Shown here piece after piece: positions 10,757 through 20,272 of a stretch of 64,000 nucleotides of DNA. Origin of the DNA: a candidate division WOR-3 bacterium. Its GTDB lineage: Bacteria > Hydrothermota > 32-111. The stretch spans positions 32,001-96,000 of the forward strand of contig JBBFKX010000001.1 of NCBI GenBank assembly GCA_037481815.1, given 5' to 3'. The notes beneath the pieces were generated by a model. It was not told the origin of the DNA, searched no databases, and saw only the letters and a program-made list of their open reading frames with translations. Made by a program: the position numbers and the translations under genes. Each line of letters starts with the position of its first letter. Position 1 is the first letter of the stretch.

Positions 10757-11676
10757 ATCTAAAAAATTTTCTTCTTATCGTTTTAACTTTTTTTCTTCTT
10801 TGTTCATGTACAAAAGAGAATATGACAAAAGAGAATAATTTTCGAAAATTAACACCTGAAGAGGAGTTTGTAATAGTTCATAAGGGAACCGAAAAACCTT
10901 TTTCAGGTGAATATAATGATTTTTTTGAAAAGGGGACATATCACTGTAAAAGGTGTAATGCTCCCCTTTTTAGATCAGAGTCAAAATTCAGGTCAACATG
11001 TGGATGGCCAAGTTTTGATGATCAGATAGAAGGTGCTGTAAAAAGAGTCCCTGATAAAGATGGAGTCAGGATTGAGATTCAATGTGCAAACTGTGGAGCA
11101 CATCTTGGGCATGTTTTTGAAGGGGAAGGGTTTACAGAAAAGAATGTAAGATACTGTGTCAACTCAATATCACTTGTTTTTGTACCCGATAAAAATTTGA
11201 AAAAAGCGTATTTTGCAGGAGGATGTTTCTGGGGTGTTGAGTTTCTTTTTGAAAAAAAAGAAGGTGTTGTTGATGTTGTTTCAGGTTATATGGGAGGAAA
11301 TGTTGAAAATCCTTCCTACGAGCAGGTTTGTACAGGTAAAACAGGTCATTATGAAACTGTTGAAGTTACCTATGATGCAACGAAAACAAATTTTGAAGAA
11401 CTTGTGAAATATTTTTTTGAGATACATGATTTCTCACAGGAGAATGGACAGGGCCCAGATATCGGAGAGCAATACAAATCTGTAATATTTTACAATGATG
11501 AAAATGAAAAAAATCTTGCTTTAAAAACCATCGAAACTTTAAAATCGAAAGGTTATAAGGTTGCAACAAAGTTAAAACCTGTCAGCAAATTTTTTATTGC
11601 TGAAGAATATCATCAAAACTATTATGAAAAAAATAAAAAGAAACCTTATTGTCATTTTCATAGAAAAATTTTTTGA
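10753..11676 (+). CDS. msrAB: Bifunctional methionine sulfoxide reductase, MsrB-MsrA fusion, with lipoprotein signal
   Basis: MsrB: GTEKPF, CKRC, GWPSF, CANC, HLGHVF, RYCVNS. MsrA: AGGCFWG, TGHYE, AEEYHQ.Y. N-terminal FFLLCSC lipobox. Confidence 0.93.
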   Translation: MNLKNFLLIVLTFFLLCSCTKENMTKENNFRKLTPEEEFVIVHKGTEKPFSGEYNDFFEKGTYHCKRCNAPLFRSESKFRSTCGWPSFDDQIEGAVKRVPDKDGVRIEIQCANCGAHLGHVFEGEGFTEKNVRYCVNSISLVFVPDKNLKKAYFAGGCFWGVEFLFEKKEGVVDVVSGYMGGNVENPSYEQVCTGKTGHYETVEVTYDATKTNFEELVKYFFEIHDFSQENGQGPDIGEQYKSVIFYNDENEKNLALKTIETLKSKGYKVATKLKPVSKFFIAEEYHQNYYEKNKKKPYCHFHRKIF

Positions 11677-11773
11677 ATTAAAAGATTCTAAATTTATTTT
11701 TAATTTACTGCATTTAAAAAAGTAGAAATTTTTTTAATAAGTAGGGATTCAAAAAGAATTTGAAATGAAAAAA

Positions 11774-11797
11774 GTCAAAAAGTCAAGCACCGTCCCC
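11774..11797 (-). repeat. 24-bp repeat copy 1 (GGGGACGGTGCTTGACTTTTTGAC on the minus strand)
   Basis: Plus strand GTCAAAAAGTCAAGCACCGTCCCC is the exact reverse complement of 45828-45851 and a 22/24 match to 18250-18273. Confidence 0.9.
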
Positions 11798-11946
11798 GAA
11801 ATATACTTATAATTTTTTTTATCCAGAATTTTTACATAGAAATATTGTTGAAAAGTAAAAATATTTTTAATATAATAAAACTAAAAATGAAAAGTAAAAA
11901 AACATTTTAAACTATTGATTAGAATGAATTTTTTGGATGAAATCAA

Positions 11947-14643
11947 ATGAAATTAACTTTTGAGTCAAATTTAGATTTTCAATTAAAGGCAGTCAATTCT
12001 ACAGTGAATCTTTTTGAGGGACAACAAAGGGGTGCCGGTACTGTTAAGTTTACCTTTAATAAAAATGATCCTGAAGAATTATTTTCGGGAATAAATAGTA
12101 TTGGTAATCGTCTTGCAATCTCAAATGAACAAATTTATAAAAATCTTTCCGAAATACAGAAAAATAATGAAATAAGTGTTGTCACAGAAGAAGAATTTAA
12201 AGATAATGGATTGAATTTTACCGTAGAAATGGAAACCGGTACGGGTAAAACTTATGTGTACCTTCGAACTATTTACGAACTTAATAAAAAATATGGCTTT
12301 AAAAAATTCGTCATCGTCGTACCTTCTATTGCTATCCGGGAAGGAGTTTTGAAAAACCTTGAAATTACCTTTGAACATTTTCAAAATCTTTACGATAATG
12401 TGCCCGTAAATTATTATGTTTATGATAGCAGTAAAGTTTCTTCTTTGCGTTCTTTTGCAACCAATAACAGCATTGAGATTCTGGTAATCAATATTGATTC
12501 CTTTGCTAAAGATGAAAATATCATCAATCGTCCGAATGATAGATTAAGCGGTCTGGAACCTATAAAATTTATTCAAGCCACAAATCCCATTGTGATAGTG
12601 GATGAGCCGCAAAATATGGAGACTGAAAAAAGAAAAAATGCGATTAACAGTTTAAATCCACTATGCACGCTTCGTTATTCAGCAACTCATAAGAATTTGT
12701 ACAACCTTGTCTATAGCCTAAATCCAGTAAAAGCATATGATCTTGGTCTTGTAAAACAAATTGAAGTGGACTCCGTAGTGGAAGAAAATGCGCATAATGA
12801 TGCTTACATTGCCGTTGAAGAAATCAAATCTCAGAAAACAAAAATAACAGCACGGCTATCTATCTATTCAAGCGTACCCAATGGAATTATAAAAAAAAGC
12901 ATTACCGTAAAAGTGGGTGATGACCTTTTTCAATTGTCCGGGAATTATCAACCATACAAAGATAGATTCATAGTTGAAGAAATAGATGTAGCCAATCAAA
13001 CCATTACCTTTTCCAATGGTATCACTTTGAATAGCGGCTCATCACGCGGCGGAATGGCCGATGAAATTATGCATTTTCAGATACAACGAACCATAGAAGA
13101 ACATCTCAAAAAAGAACTAAAATTATACAAACAAGGCATCAAAATACTTTCACTATTTTTTATTGATCGTGTTGCCAGTTATCGCTACTACGATGAACAG
13201 GGAAATCCACAAAAAGGAAAAATTGCACAATGGTTTGAGGAGGAATATAGAAATAGTATAAATAGAAATGAATTTTTAGAACTAAAAAAACTTTTTCATC
13301 CTGATGATAAAATAGACATAGAAAAAATCCATAACGGCTATTTTTCGCAAGACAAAAAAGGAAGACTCAAGGATACTCGCGGAGAAAGTGAAGACGACCT
13401 TAATACCTATGATTTAATAATGAAAGATAAAGAAAAATTGCTAGATATACAAACACCATTACGTTTTATTTTTTCTCATTCTGCTTTGCGTGAGGGCTGG
13501 GACAACCCGAATGTATTTCAGATCTGTACACTAAACGAAACAAAATCAGAACTCAAAAAACGGCAGGAAATTGGTAGAGGACTCAGACTTGCAGTCAATC
13601 AAAACGGACAAAGGATTTATGATAAAAACATCAATCGATTGACAGTAATTGCCAATGAATCGTATGAATCTTTTGCCAAACAATTACAAACCGAGATTGA
13701 AGAAGAGTGTGGTGTAAGCTTTAAAGGTAGAATCAAAAACAAACGCGAACGAATTGCCATCAAATACCGCAAAGGTTTTGAAGTCGATCCAAAATTCCTT
13801 GAAATATGGGAAAAAATTAAATATAAAACTCGATACAGAGTGGAATATCAAACCACAGAATTAATAAATAATGCTGCTGAAGAGATTCAATTTTTGCCAC
13901 CGACTCCGTCTCCATCGATCAAAGCCACAAAAGTAAAAATGGATATTACCGACGAAGGTATCGATACATCGTTAGTGGGCGAAAGACGGGAAAAATATGG
14001 AAATAAACATTTATGGCTATTACCTGATATGATTGAATATATTCAGCAAAAAACAGAACTGACAAGAAATACTATCAAAGAAATTCTTGATAAAGCCAAT
14101 CGCTGGAACAATTTTTTTGTCAATCCACAATATTTTTCTGATCAATGTGTGTCTGTTATCAAAAGAACACTTGCAGAATTTTTAGTAGATGGCATCAAGT
14201 ACGAAAAAATTAGCGGACAATACTATGAAATGCGTCTTTTTGAAATGCAAGAACTGGAAACCTATCTGGATACTTTTACCTTCCAAGTGAACAACAAAGA
14301 AAAAACCATTTATGAAGAATATATTCCTCTGGACTCAAGCGTAGAAAGTCAATTTGCAAAAGATTGCGAAACAAGTGAAAATGTGGAGTTCTATTTCAAA
14401 CTTCCCGGTTGGTTCAAAATTCCAACACCGATTGGTTATTACAACCCCGACTGGGCAGTAGTTTTGAAAAACGAAAAGAAAATCTACTTTGTAGCCGAAA
14501 CCAAAGACACAGGTGGCGATAAAATCGATATCTCAAAACTTCATCCCGATGAACAGATGAAAATCAAATGTGGCGAAAAACATTATAAAGTGTTTAATGG
14601 TGTGGAATATAAAGTAGTGAAAAGGGTGAGTGATTTGATATGA
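11947..14643 (+). CDS. res: Type III restriction-modification system endonuclease subunit (Res)
   Basis: VEMETGTGKT Walker A, DEPQ, YSAT, ALREGWDNPNVFQIC, QEIGRGLR, and C-terminal YNPDW...AETK PD-(D/E)xK nuclease. Confidence 0.95.
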   Translation: MKLTFESNLDFQLKAVNSTVNLFEGQQRGAGTVKFTFNKNDPEELFSGINSIGNRLAISNEQIYKNLSEIQKNNEISVVTEEEFKDNGLNFTVEMETGTGKTYVYLRTIYELNKKYGFKKFVIVVPSIAIREGVLKNLEITFEHFQNLYDNVPVNYYVYDSSKVSSLRSFATNNSIEILVINIDSFAKDENIINRPNDRLSGLEPIKFIQATNPIVIVDEPQNMETEKRKNAINSLNPLCTLRYSATHKNLYNLVYSLNPVKAYDLGLVKQIEVDSVVEENAHNDAYIAVEEIKSQKTKITARLSIYSSVPNGIIKKSITVKVGDDLFQLSGNYQPYKDRFIVEEIDVANQTITFSNGITLNSGSSRGGMADEIMHFQIQRTIEEHLKKELKLYKQGIKILSLFFIDRVASYRYYDEQGNPQKGKIAQWFEEEYRNSINRNEFLELKKLFHPDDKIDIEKIHNGYFSQDKKGRLKDTRGESEDDLNTYDLIMKDKEKLLDIQTPLRFIFSHSALREGWDNPNVFQICTLNETKSELKKRQEIGRGLRLAVNQNGQRIYDKNINRLTVIANESYESFAKQLQTEIEEECGVSFKGRIKNKRERIAIKYRKGFEVDPKFLEIWEKIKYKTRYRVEYQTTELINNAAEEIQFLPPTPSPSIKATKVKMDITDEGIDTSLVGERREKYGNKHLWLLPDMIEYIQQKTELTRNTIKEILDKANRWNNFFVNPQYFSDQCVSVIKRTLAEFLVDGIKYEKISGQYYEMRLFEMQELETYLDTFTFQVNNKEKTIYEEYIPLDSSVESQFAKDCETSENVEFYFKLPGWFKIPTPIGYYNPDWAVVLKNEKKIYFVAETKDTGGDKIDISKLHPDEQMKIKCGEKHYKVFNGVEYKVVKRVSDLI

Positions 14644-15290
14644 ATAGCCAATTAGAAGATATAAAATTATACAGAATGACTCACATAGAAAACATACCAC
14701 ATATTTTACAACATGGTATTGCGCATAAAAATTCAAAGTTTGCTAATGCAGAATATAAAAATATTGGGGACTTTTCATTGATATCAGCGCGTGAAAGAAA
14801 AACAATAAATATTACAAATGGTAATAATAATATCATAAAGACAATAATCTTAGGAGATTTCATCCCTTTTTATTTCAATGTAAAAATGCCCATGCTTTAT
14901 GTTATCCAGCATGGAGGCAACTTTACCACAAAAACTTCATCATCGGACATAGTTTACCTGGTATGTTCCCTTTATAAAATAGTTCAATTAGATAATATTG
15001 AATGCTACTTTTGTGATGGGCATGCCACTGATAACTTAACAACTTTTTATGATAGTAGTTTTATTAAGCAAATAGGAAATATTATTGATTGGACGGCAGT
15101 CACATCTCAATACTGGGGCGGTGAAAATAATTTAGAGGTAAAAAGAAAAAAACAGGCTGAATTTTTAGTAAAGGGAGATTTACCTGTTGAAGTAATTGAA
15201 TATTTTATTTGCTATGATGAGATAGCAGAGGAAAAACTAAAAAAATTTGGTGTTAAATCAATCAGGATAGATAAAAATGCCTATTATTGA
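14640..15290 (+). CDS. darT: DarT ssDNA thymidine ADP-ribosyltransferase toxin (DUF4433)
   Basis: YRMTHIENIPHIL..G, DFIPFYF...PMLY.I, F.DGHA, and KKQAEFLV carrying the catalytic Glu. Confidence 0.92.
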   Translation: MNSQLEDIKLYRMTHIENIPHILQHGIAHKNSKFANAEYKNIGDFSLISARERKTINITNGNNNIIKTIILGDFIPFYFNVKMPMLYVIQHGGNFTTKTSSSDIVYLVCSLYKIVQLDNIECYFCDGHATDNLTTFYDSSFIKQIGNIIDWTAVTSQYWGGENNLEVKRKKQAEFLVKGDLPVEVIEYFICYDEIAEEKLKKFGVKSIRIDKNAYY

Positions 15291-15301
15291 GGAGGTTGAT
15301 T

Positions 15302-16354
15302 ATGATAAAATTCACAACAGGAAATATTCTTGAAAGCGAGGCACAGGCTCTGGTTAATACTGTTAACACCGTTGGAGTTATGGGAAAAGGCATTGCTTTG
15401 CAATTCAAAAAATCCTTCCCGGATAATTTTAATGCCTATGCAAAAGCCTGCAAAAGTAAGGAAATTGAAATTGGTAAAATGTTTGTATTCAAAGAAAATA
15501 CCCTTTCGGGCGAAAAAATCATTATCAACTTCCCCACCAAAAAAGATTGGCGAAAACCCTCTGAATACGAATATATTGAAAAAGGACTGGACGACCTGAT
15601 TCGTGTTATCAAAGAATATAATATCAAAAGTATTGCTATCCCCCCTTTAGGCGCTGGAAGTGGCGGACTCTTGTGGGAAAAGGTAAAAACTATTATTCAA
15701 AATAAATTAGGCAGTTTAGATATAGATATTTTCGTTTATGAACCCTCAAGAGAAATACAGGAAAAACTAAAAAAAGAAAGAGTAAAACTAACAGATGCAA
15801 GGGCTTTGATGCTGTATGTGCTTTATGAACTGGTACGACAGGGCGAATATGTATCCGAATTCTCTGCTGAAAAAGTTTGTTATTTCCTTCAAAAATTTGG
15901 TGCGGAGGAATATTTCAAACTAACATATAAACCCAACTTTTATGGTCCTTATTCCGGGAAGGTTAGATATGTGCTTAACTATTTAAATGGTAGTTACATC
16001 ATGGGATATAGCGATATAACTAAAAAACCTTTTGAACCCCTTTTACTTATAGCCGATCGATACGATGAAGTGAACCGATACATACAATCCAATAAAAAAT
16101 TACAAAATATTGCTCAAAAAACCATACAATTTCTTGATGGTTTTTTTTCCGATTTTGCACTTGAACTATTGTCCACAGTTGACTGGATAATGAAAGAAAA
16201 ACAAACAGATAATTTTGATGTAATTAAACAAGAAATCACAAACTGGAACTACAAAAAACGAAGTAAATTCTCTAATGACAAATACATTCAAATAGCCATT
16301 GAACATATAAAAAATTTTCATAAAAGGATAACCCTATGGACGGACAAAACTTAG
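15302..16354 (+). CDS. darG: DarG macrodomain DNA ADP-ribosyl glycohydrolase antitoxin
   Basis: GNILES.AQALVNTVNTVGVMGKGIALQFK, INFPTKKDWR, SIAIPPLGAG.GGL; C-terminal domain with YGPYS and LELLSTVDW. AGGAGG RBS precedes ATG 15302. Confidence 0.93.
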   Translation: MIKFTTGNILESEAQALVNTVNTVGVMGKGIALQFKKSFPDNFNAYAKACKSKEIEIGKMFVFKENTLSGEKIIINFPTKKDWRKPSEYEYIEKGLDDLIRVIKEYNIKSIAIPPLGAGSGGLLWEKVKTIIQNKLGSLDIDIFVYEPSREIQEKLKKERVKLTDARALMLYVLYELVRQGEYVSEFSAEKVCYFLQKFGAEEYFKLTYKPNFYGPYSGKVRYVLNYLNGSYIMGYSDITKKPFEPLLLIADRYDEVNRYIQSNKKLQNIAQKTIQFLDGFFSDFALELLSTVDWIMKEKQTDNFDVIKQEITNWNYKKRSKFSNDKYIQIAIEHIKNFHKRITLWTDKT

Positions 16355-18201
16355 ACATAAAAAAAGACATTCTCAACAAACTCAAAGAACTTATTCCCAA
16401 TTGTTTTACCGAAGGTAAAATCGATTGGGAAAAACTCAAAGTATTTTTGGAAGATAACATTGAATTTCAAAACGAACGCTATCACCTTAATTGGGCTGGC
16501 AAAACCGATGCCTTTCGTTTGTTGCAGTCGCCTACATACAAAACATTAAAACCCTGCCGTGAAGAAAGCGTTAACTTTGACGAAACCGAAAATCTCTTTA
16601 TAGAAGGCGATAATCTGGAAGTGCTGAAAATTTTGCAAAAATCCTACTTTGGTAAAATCAAAATGATATACATAGACCCGCCTTACAATACGGGAAATGA
16701 TTTTATCTACAAAGATGATTATACAGAAACCCTTGCCGGATACAAAAGAAAAGTTGGCGATGTGGACGAAAACGGCAATGTTACCCGTGCAGAACTTTTC
16801 CGTAATACAAAAGAAAACGGGCAATACCATTCTAATTGGCTTACTATGATGTACCCCCGACTTTTTCTTGCCCGCAACCTATTGCGTGATGATGGCGTAA
16901 TCTTTGTAAGCATCGACGACAACGAAGTCCACAACCTGCGACTTATGATGGATGAAATTTTTGGAGAGGAGAATTTTATTGTTAATGCTATTTGGGAAAA
17001 AGTTAAAATTAGAAAAAATTCTGCGGTCTGGTTTTCTGATTCTCATGATCATATCCTCATTTATGTTAAAAATAAAGAATTATCAAAAAGAAATTTATTA
17101 CCAAGAATAGATACTAGAATGTATAAAAATCCAGACAATGATCCAAGAGGACCATGGATACCAATACCTATACATGCTAACCATAAATATGATGCAAATT
17201 ATAAAATTGTAAAGCCTAATGGTATAGTTTTAGAAAGACCCAAAAATAACTATTGGAGGTTAAGTGAAAAAAAATTTAATGAATATGTAAAAGATAATAG
17301 AATATGGTGGGGCGAAGGATCTAGTTATCCTATGATTAAAAAGTTTTTATCAGAGGTTCAACAAGGGTTAGTTCCCAAAAGTATATTTTATTATGATGAA
17401 GTTGGAGGTAATCCTCATGGTGATGCGGAATTAAAAAAACTATTTGAAGGTAAAAAAATTTTTGAAAATCCAAAATGTATTAAATTAATAAAAACATTTT
17501 TACAAATTTCCACTTCTCCCTCCGACCTTATCCTTGACTTCTTCGCCGGCTCCGGCACCACTGCCCATGCGGTGATGGAACTCAACAAAGAAGATGGGGG
17601 AAATCGTAAGTTTATCCTTGTCCAACTACCCGAACCCACAGCCCCCGATAGTGAAGCATTCAAAGCAGGCTACAAAACCATTGCCGATATTGCCAAAGAA
17701 CGCATCCGCCGTGCCGCAAAGAAAATTCAGGGTGAACTCGATGAAGAAAAAAAGAAAAAAGGAGAAGAACTGCCATTAGAACCAACCCAACAAAAAAAAT
17801 TAGACCTTGGTTTCAAAGTATTTAAACTGGATGAAAGCAACTTCAAACAATGGCGCCCCTTTGTGCCTGAGAGTGAAGAAGAGATAAAACAAGCTGTACT
17901 GGATTTTACCGAAAATATCAAGTTTGAAGCTACTGTGGAAAACATTCTTTATGAACTGATACTCAAAAACGGCAAAAAACTTACAGACGAAATTGAAAAG
18001 AAAAATGGATATTATGTTGTAAACAACAATGAACTTGTTTTGCTACTGGAAAGTGTGGAAAAATCGGTAATAGACGAAGTATTATTGCTTAAACCTCAAA
18101 AGGTAGTGGCACTGGATAAGTTATTTAATGGCAATGACCAATTAAAAACAAATACTGTGTTGCAATTTAGAGATGAAGGAATAGAGTTTAAGAGTGTATG
18201 A
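16336..18201 (+). CDS. mod: Type III R-M adenine methyltransferase subunit (Mod)
   Basis: ERYHLNWAGK, NLFIEGDNLEVLK, YIDPPYNTG, HSNWLTMMYPRL, ILDFFAGSGTTAHAV, DLGFKVFKL. Confidence 0.95.
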   Translation: MDGQNLDIKKDILNKLKELIPNCFTEGKIDWEKLKVFLEDNIEFQNERYHLNWAGKTDAFRLLQSPTYKTLKPCREESVNFDETENLFIEGDNLEVLKILQKSYFGKIKMIYIDPPYNTGNDFIYKDDYTETLAGYKRKVGDVDENGNVTRAELFRNTKENGQYHSNWLTMMYPRLFLARNLLRDDGVIFVSIDDNEVHNLRLMMDEIFGEENFIVNAIWEKVKIRKNSAVWFSDSHDHILIYVKNKELSKRNLLPRIDTRMYKNPDNDPRGPWIPIPIHANHKYDANYKIVKPNGIVLERPKNNYWRLSEKKFNEYVKDNRIWWGEGSSYPMIKKFLSEVQQGLVPKSIFYYDEVGGNPHGDAELKKLFEGKKIFENPKCIKLIKTFLQISTSPSDLILDFFAGSGTTAHAVMELNKEDGGNRKFILVQLPEPTAPDSEAFKAGYKTIADIAKERIRRAAKKIQGELDEEKKKKGEELPLEPTQQKKLDLGFKVFKLDESNFKQWRPFVPESEEEIKQAVLDFTENIKFEATVENILYELILKNGKKLTDEIEKKNGYYVVNNNELVLLLESVEKSVIDEVLLLKPQKVVALDKLFNGNDQLKTNTVLQFRDEGIEFKSV

Positions 18202-18249
18202 CGATGAGAAAAAAAATAAATAAAAAGACCATTACATTTATAGAATTTT

Positions 18250-18273
18250 GGGGACGGTGCTTGACAATTTGAC
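18250..18273 (+). repeat. 24-bp repeat copy 2 (GGGGACGGTGCTTGACAATTTGAC)
   Basis: 22/24 identical to the other two copies; inverted relative to copy 1. Confidence 0.9.
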
Positions 18274-18457
18274 ATTTTTTTACAAGTTATATTAAAATTT
18301 AAACTTACATTTAAAATAAAAAATTTTTTCTTTTCATTTTATTAAGCAAAAATGTAAAGTATTTTTGAATTAATGAAAAATCAAAATTAACAAAATTTTT
18401 AATATTGATAAAACTTTATTTTTTGTTAAAATAAAAAGTTAAAATTAAGGAGGTTTG

Positions 18458-20272
18458 ATGTATATACTTGGATTAAATATAGGGCATGATGCTACAGCGA
18501 CACTTTTAAAAGATGGAAGGATTATTGCTGCAGTAGCAGAGGAAAGGATTTCAAGGGTAAAATTTCATTTCGGGTTTCCATATGGTTCTATAAAGGAATG
18601 TATTAGAATAGCAAAAATAGATGGAAAAGATATAAAAAATGTTGTTCTATCTTTTGAAAATGATATTTTGAGAAGTCCCTTTCATTATACTGATCTTATA
18701 GTGAAAAGAAGTGGAACAATTGACCCATCAAATGAGATAGATAATAGAAAAAAGTTTGATACTATAAAAGAAATATTGTACAGAAAAATTATTGGAGAAA
18801 AAAAGTACTGGAAACTTGCATCAGAATATGCTAAAAAATCTATAACTGATGCTTTGAAAAAGTGTGGTTTGGTTGAATTTACACTTGAATCAGTTAATCA
18901 TCATCTTTGTCATGCTGCTTCATGTTATTATGAAGGTGGGAAAAATAAAGCACTGATTATAACTATGGATGGAGCAGGTGATGGACTTTCTGCAACAGTT
19001 TCAATTGGAGAAGATGGTAAGATAAAAAGGATTCTTGAAGTAGAGGATATATATTCTGTTGGAAGGTTTTATTCAGCAATAACAAAATTTCTTGGATTTA
19101 AAAGAAATAGACATGAAGGGAAGATAACAGGCCTTGCAGCATACGGTAATCCTAATAAACTTTACGATAAGTTCAAACAAATGATAGATATAACCCCAGA
19201 TGGGAAAAGTTTTTATTCACCACTTGCTGGTAATCTAAAAGGAGATTCTTTGAGGTTAAAGCAGTTTAAAGATTTTTTGAAAGGAAAATATTATGGACAT
19301 AATTATACAAACCTTTATCTTGAATTTTTGAAGAAAAATTGTTCAAATGAATCAAAAGAGGATATTGCAGCAGCAGCACAGAAATTAACAGAAGATTTAG
19401 TTGTAAAATTTATAGAACCACATATAAAAAATACAGGCATAAAAGATATAGTTCTTGCAGGTGGTCTTTTCTCAAACGTAAAAGTGAATCAGAGGGTTCT
19501 TGAAATTGAAGGTGTTGAATCAGTTTTTATCCATCCAAATATGGGTGATGGTGGAACATCGACAGGAGCATGTTATATTAAATGGGCAGAAGAGGTTGAA
19601 AAGAAAGGAGAAAAATTTTTACCATTTACCATTGATAATGTTTACTATGGGCCTGAATATAATGATGATGAAATTTTGAAAGTTTTAAAAGATTTTGAAA
19701 GTAAAGTTGAATTTAGAAAAAGTGATAATATCGTTGAAGAGACAGCGCAAATGATAAAAGATAAAGTTGTTGTTGGCTGGTTTCAAGGGAGAATGGAATA
19801 TGGTCCGAGGGCTCTTGGAAACCGTTCAATTCTATTTGATCCTACTGACAAAAAGATAAACGATTGGTTAAACAAAAGATTAAAAAGAACAGAGTTTATG
19901 CCTTTTGCTCCATCCTGTATTTATGAGGAAGCAAAAAATGTTTTTGAGAATTTCGAAAAGGGAAGTTATCCTTCTTATTTTATGACTATAACTTTTAATG
20001 TAAAAGAGGAATGGAGAAAGAAAATTGAAGCTGTTAACCATGTAGATAATACCGCAAGGCCTCAGACTGTCAAAGAAAATCAAAATCCTTTATACTATAA
20101 ACTTTTGAAAAGGTATAAAGAATTGACAGGACTTCCGCTTTTTGTTAATACAAGTTTTAATATGCATGAAGAACCTATACTTTGTTCACCTGTTGATGCT
20201 GTGAGATCGCTCCTTAATAACTGTGTTGATATTCTCGTTATAGGTAATTACATAGTCAAGCAGAAAAAATAA
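18458..20272 (+). CDS. Carbamoyltransferase, NodU/CmcH family
   Basis: ILGLN.GHDA, AEER.SR.K, HH.CHAAS, DGAGD, HEGKITGLA.YG, GRMEYGPRALGNRS, RTEFMPFAP, HVDNTARPQ, NTSFN.HEEP. Confidence 0.92.
   Translation: MYILGLNIGHDATATLLKDGRIIAAVAEERISRVKFHFGFPYGSIKECIRIAKIDGKDIKNVVLSFENDILRSPFHYTDLIVKRSGTIDPSNEIDNRKKFDTIKEILYRKIIGEKKYWKLASEYAKKSITDALKKCGLVEFTLESVNHHLCHAASCYYEGGKNKALIITMDGAGDGLSATVSIGEDGKIKRILEVEDIYSVGRFYSAITKFLGFKRNRHEGKITGLAAYGNPNKLYDKFKQMIDITPDGKSFYSPLAGNLKGDSLRLKQFKDFLKGKYYGHNYTNLYLEFLKKNCSNESKEDIAAAAQKLTEDLVVKFIEPHIKNTGIKDIVLAGGLFSNVKVNQRVLEIEGVESVFIHPNMGDGGTSTGACYIKWAEEVEKKGEKFLPFTIDNVYYGPEYNDDEILKVLKDFESKVEFRKSDNIVEETAQMIKDKVVVGWFQGRMEYGPRALGNRSILFDPTDKKINDWLNKRLKRTEFMPFAPSCIYEEAKNVFENFEKGSYPSYFMTITFNVKEEWRKKIEAVNHVDNTARPQTVKENQNPLYYKLLKRYKELTGLPLFVNTSFNMHEEPILCSPVDAVRSLLNNCVDILVIGNYIVKQKK

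Larger units (their letters stand above)
11774..18273. mobile_element. Putative horizontally acquired defence cassette (Type III R-M + DarTG) bounded by inverted 24-bp repeats
   Basis: Inverted repeats at both ends; codon style (many CGC/GCC/ACC codons) differs from the flanking core genes; no transposase or integrase inside. Confidence 0.6.

Noticed and set aside
16336..18201. Phase-variable mod (phasevarion)
   Set aside because: No simple-sequence repeat tract was seen in the mod 5' region, and the ORF is intact.
11670..18373. TTTTTGAATTAA on both sides of the R-M/DarTG cassette as a possible target-site duplication
   Set aside because: It is an almost pure A/T 12-mer in very AT-rich intergenic DNA and lies ~90 bp outside each repeat rather than abutting it; compatible with chance.
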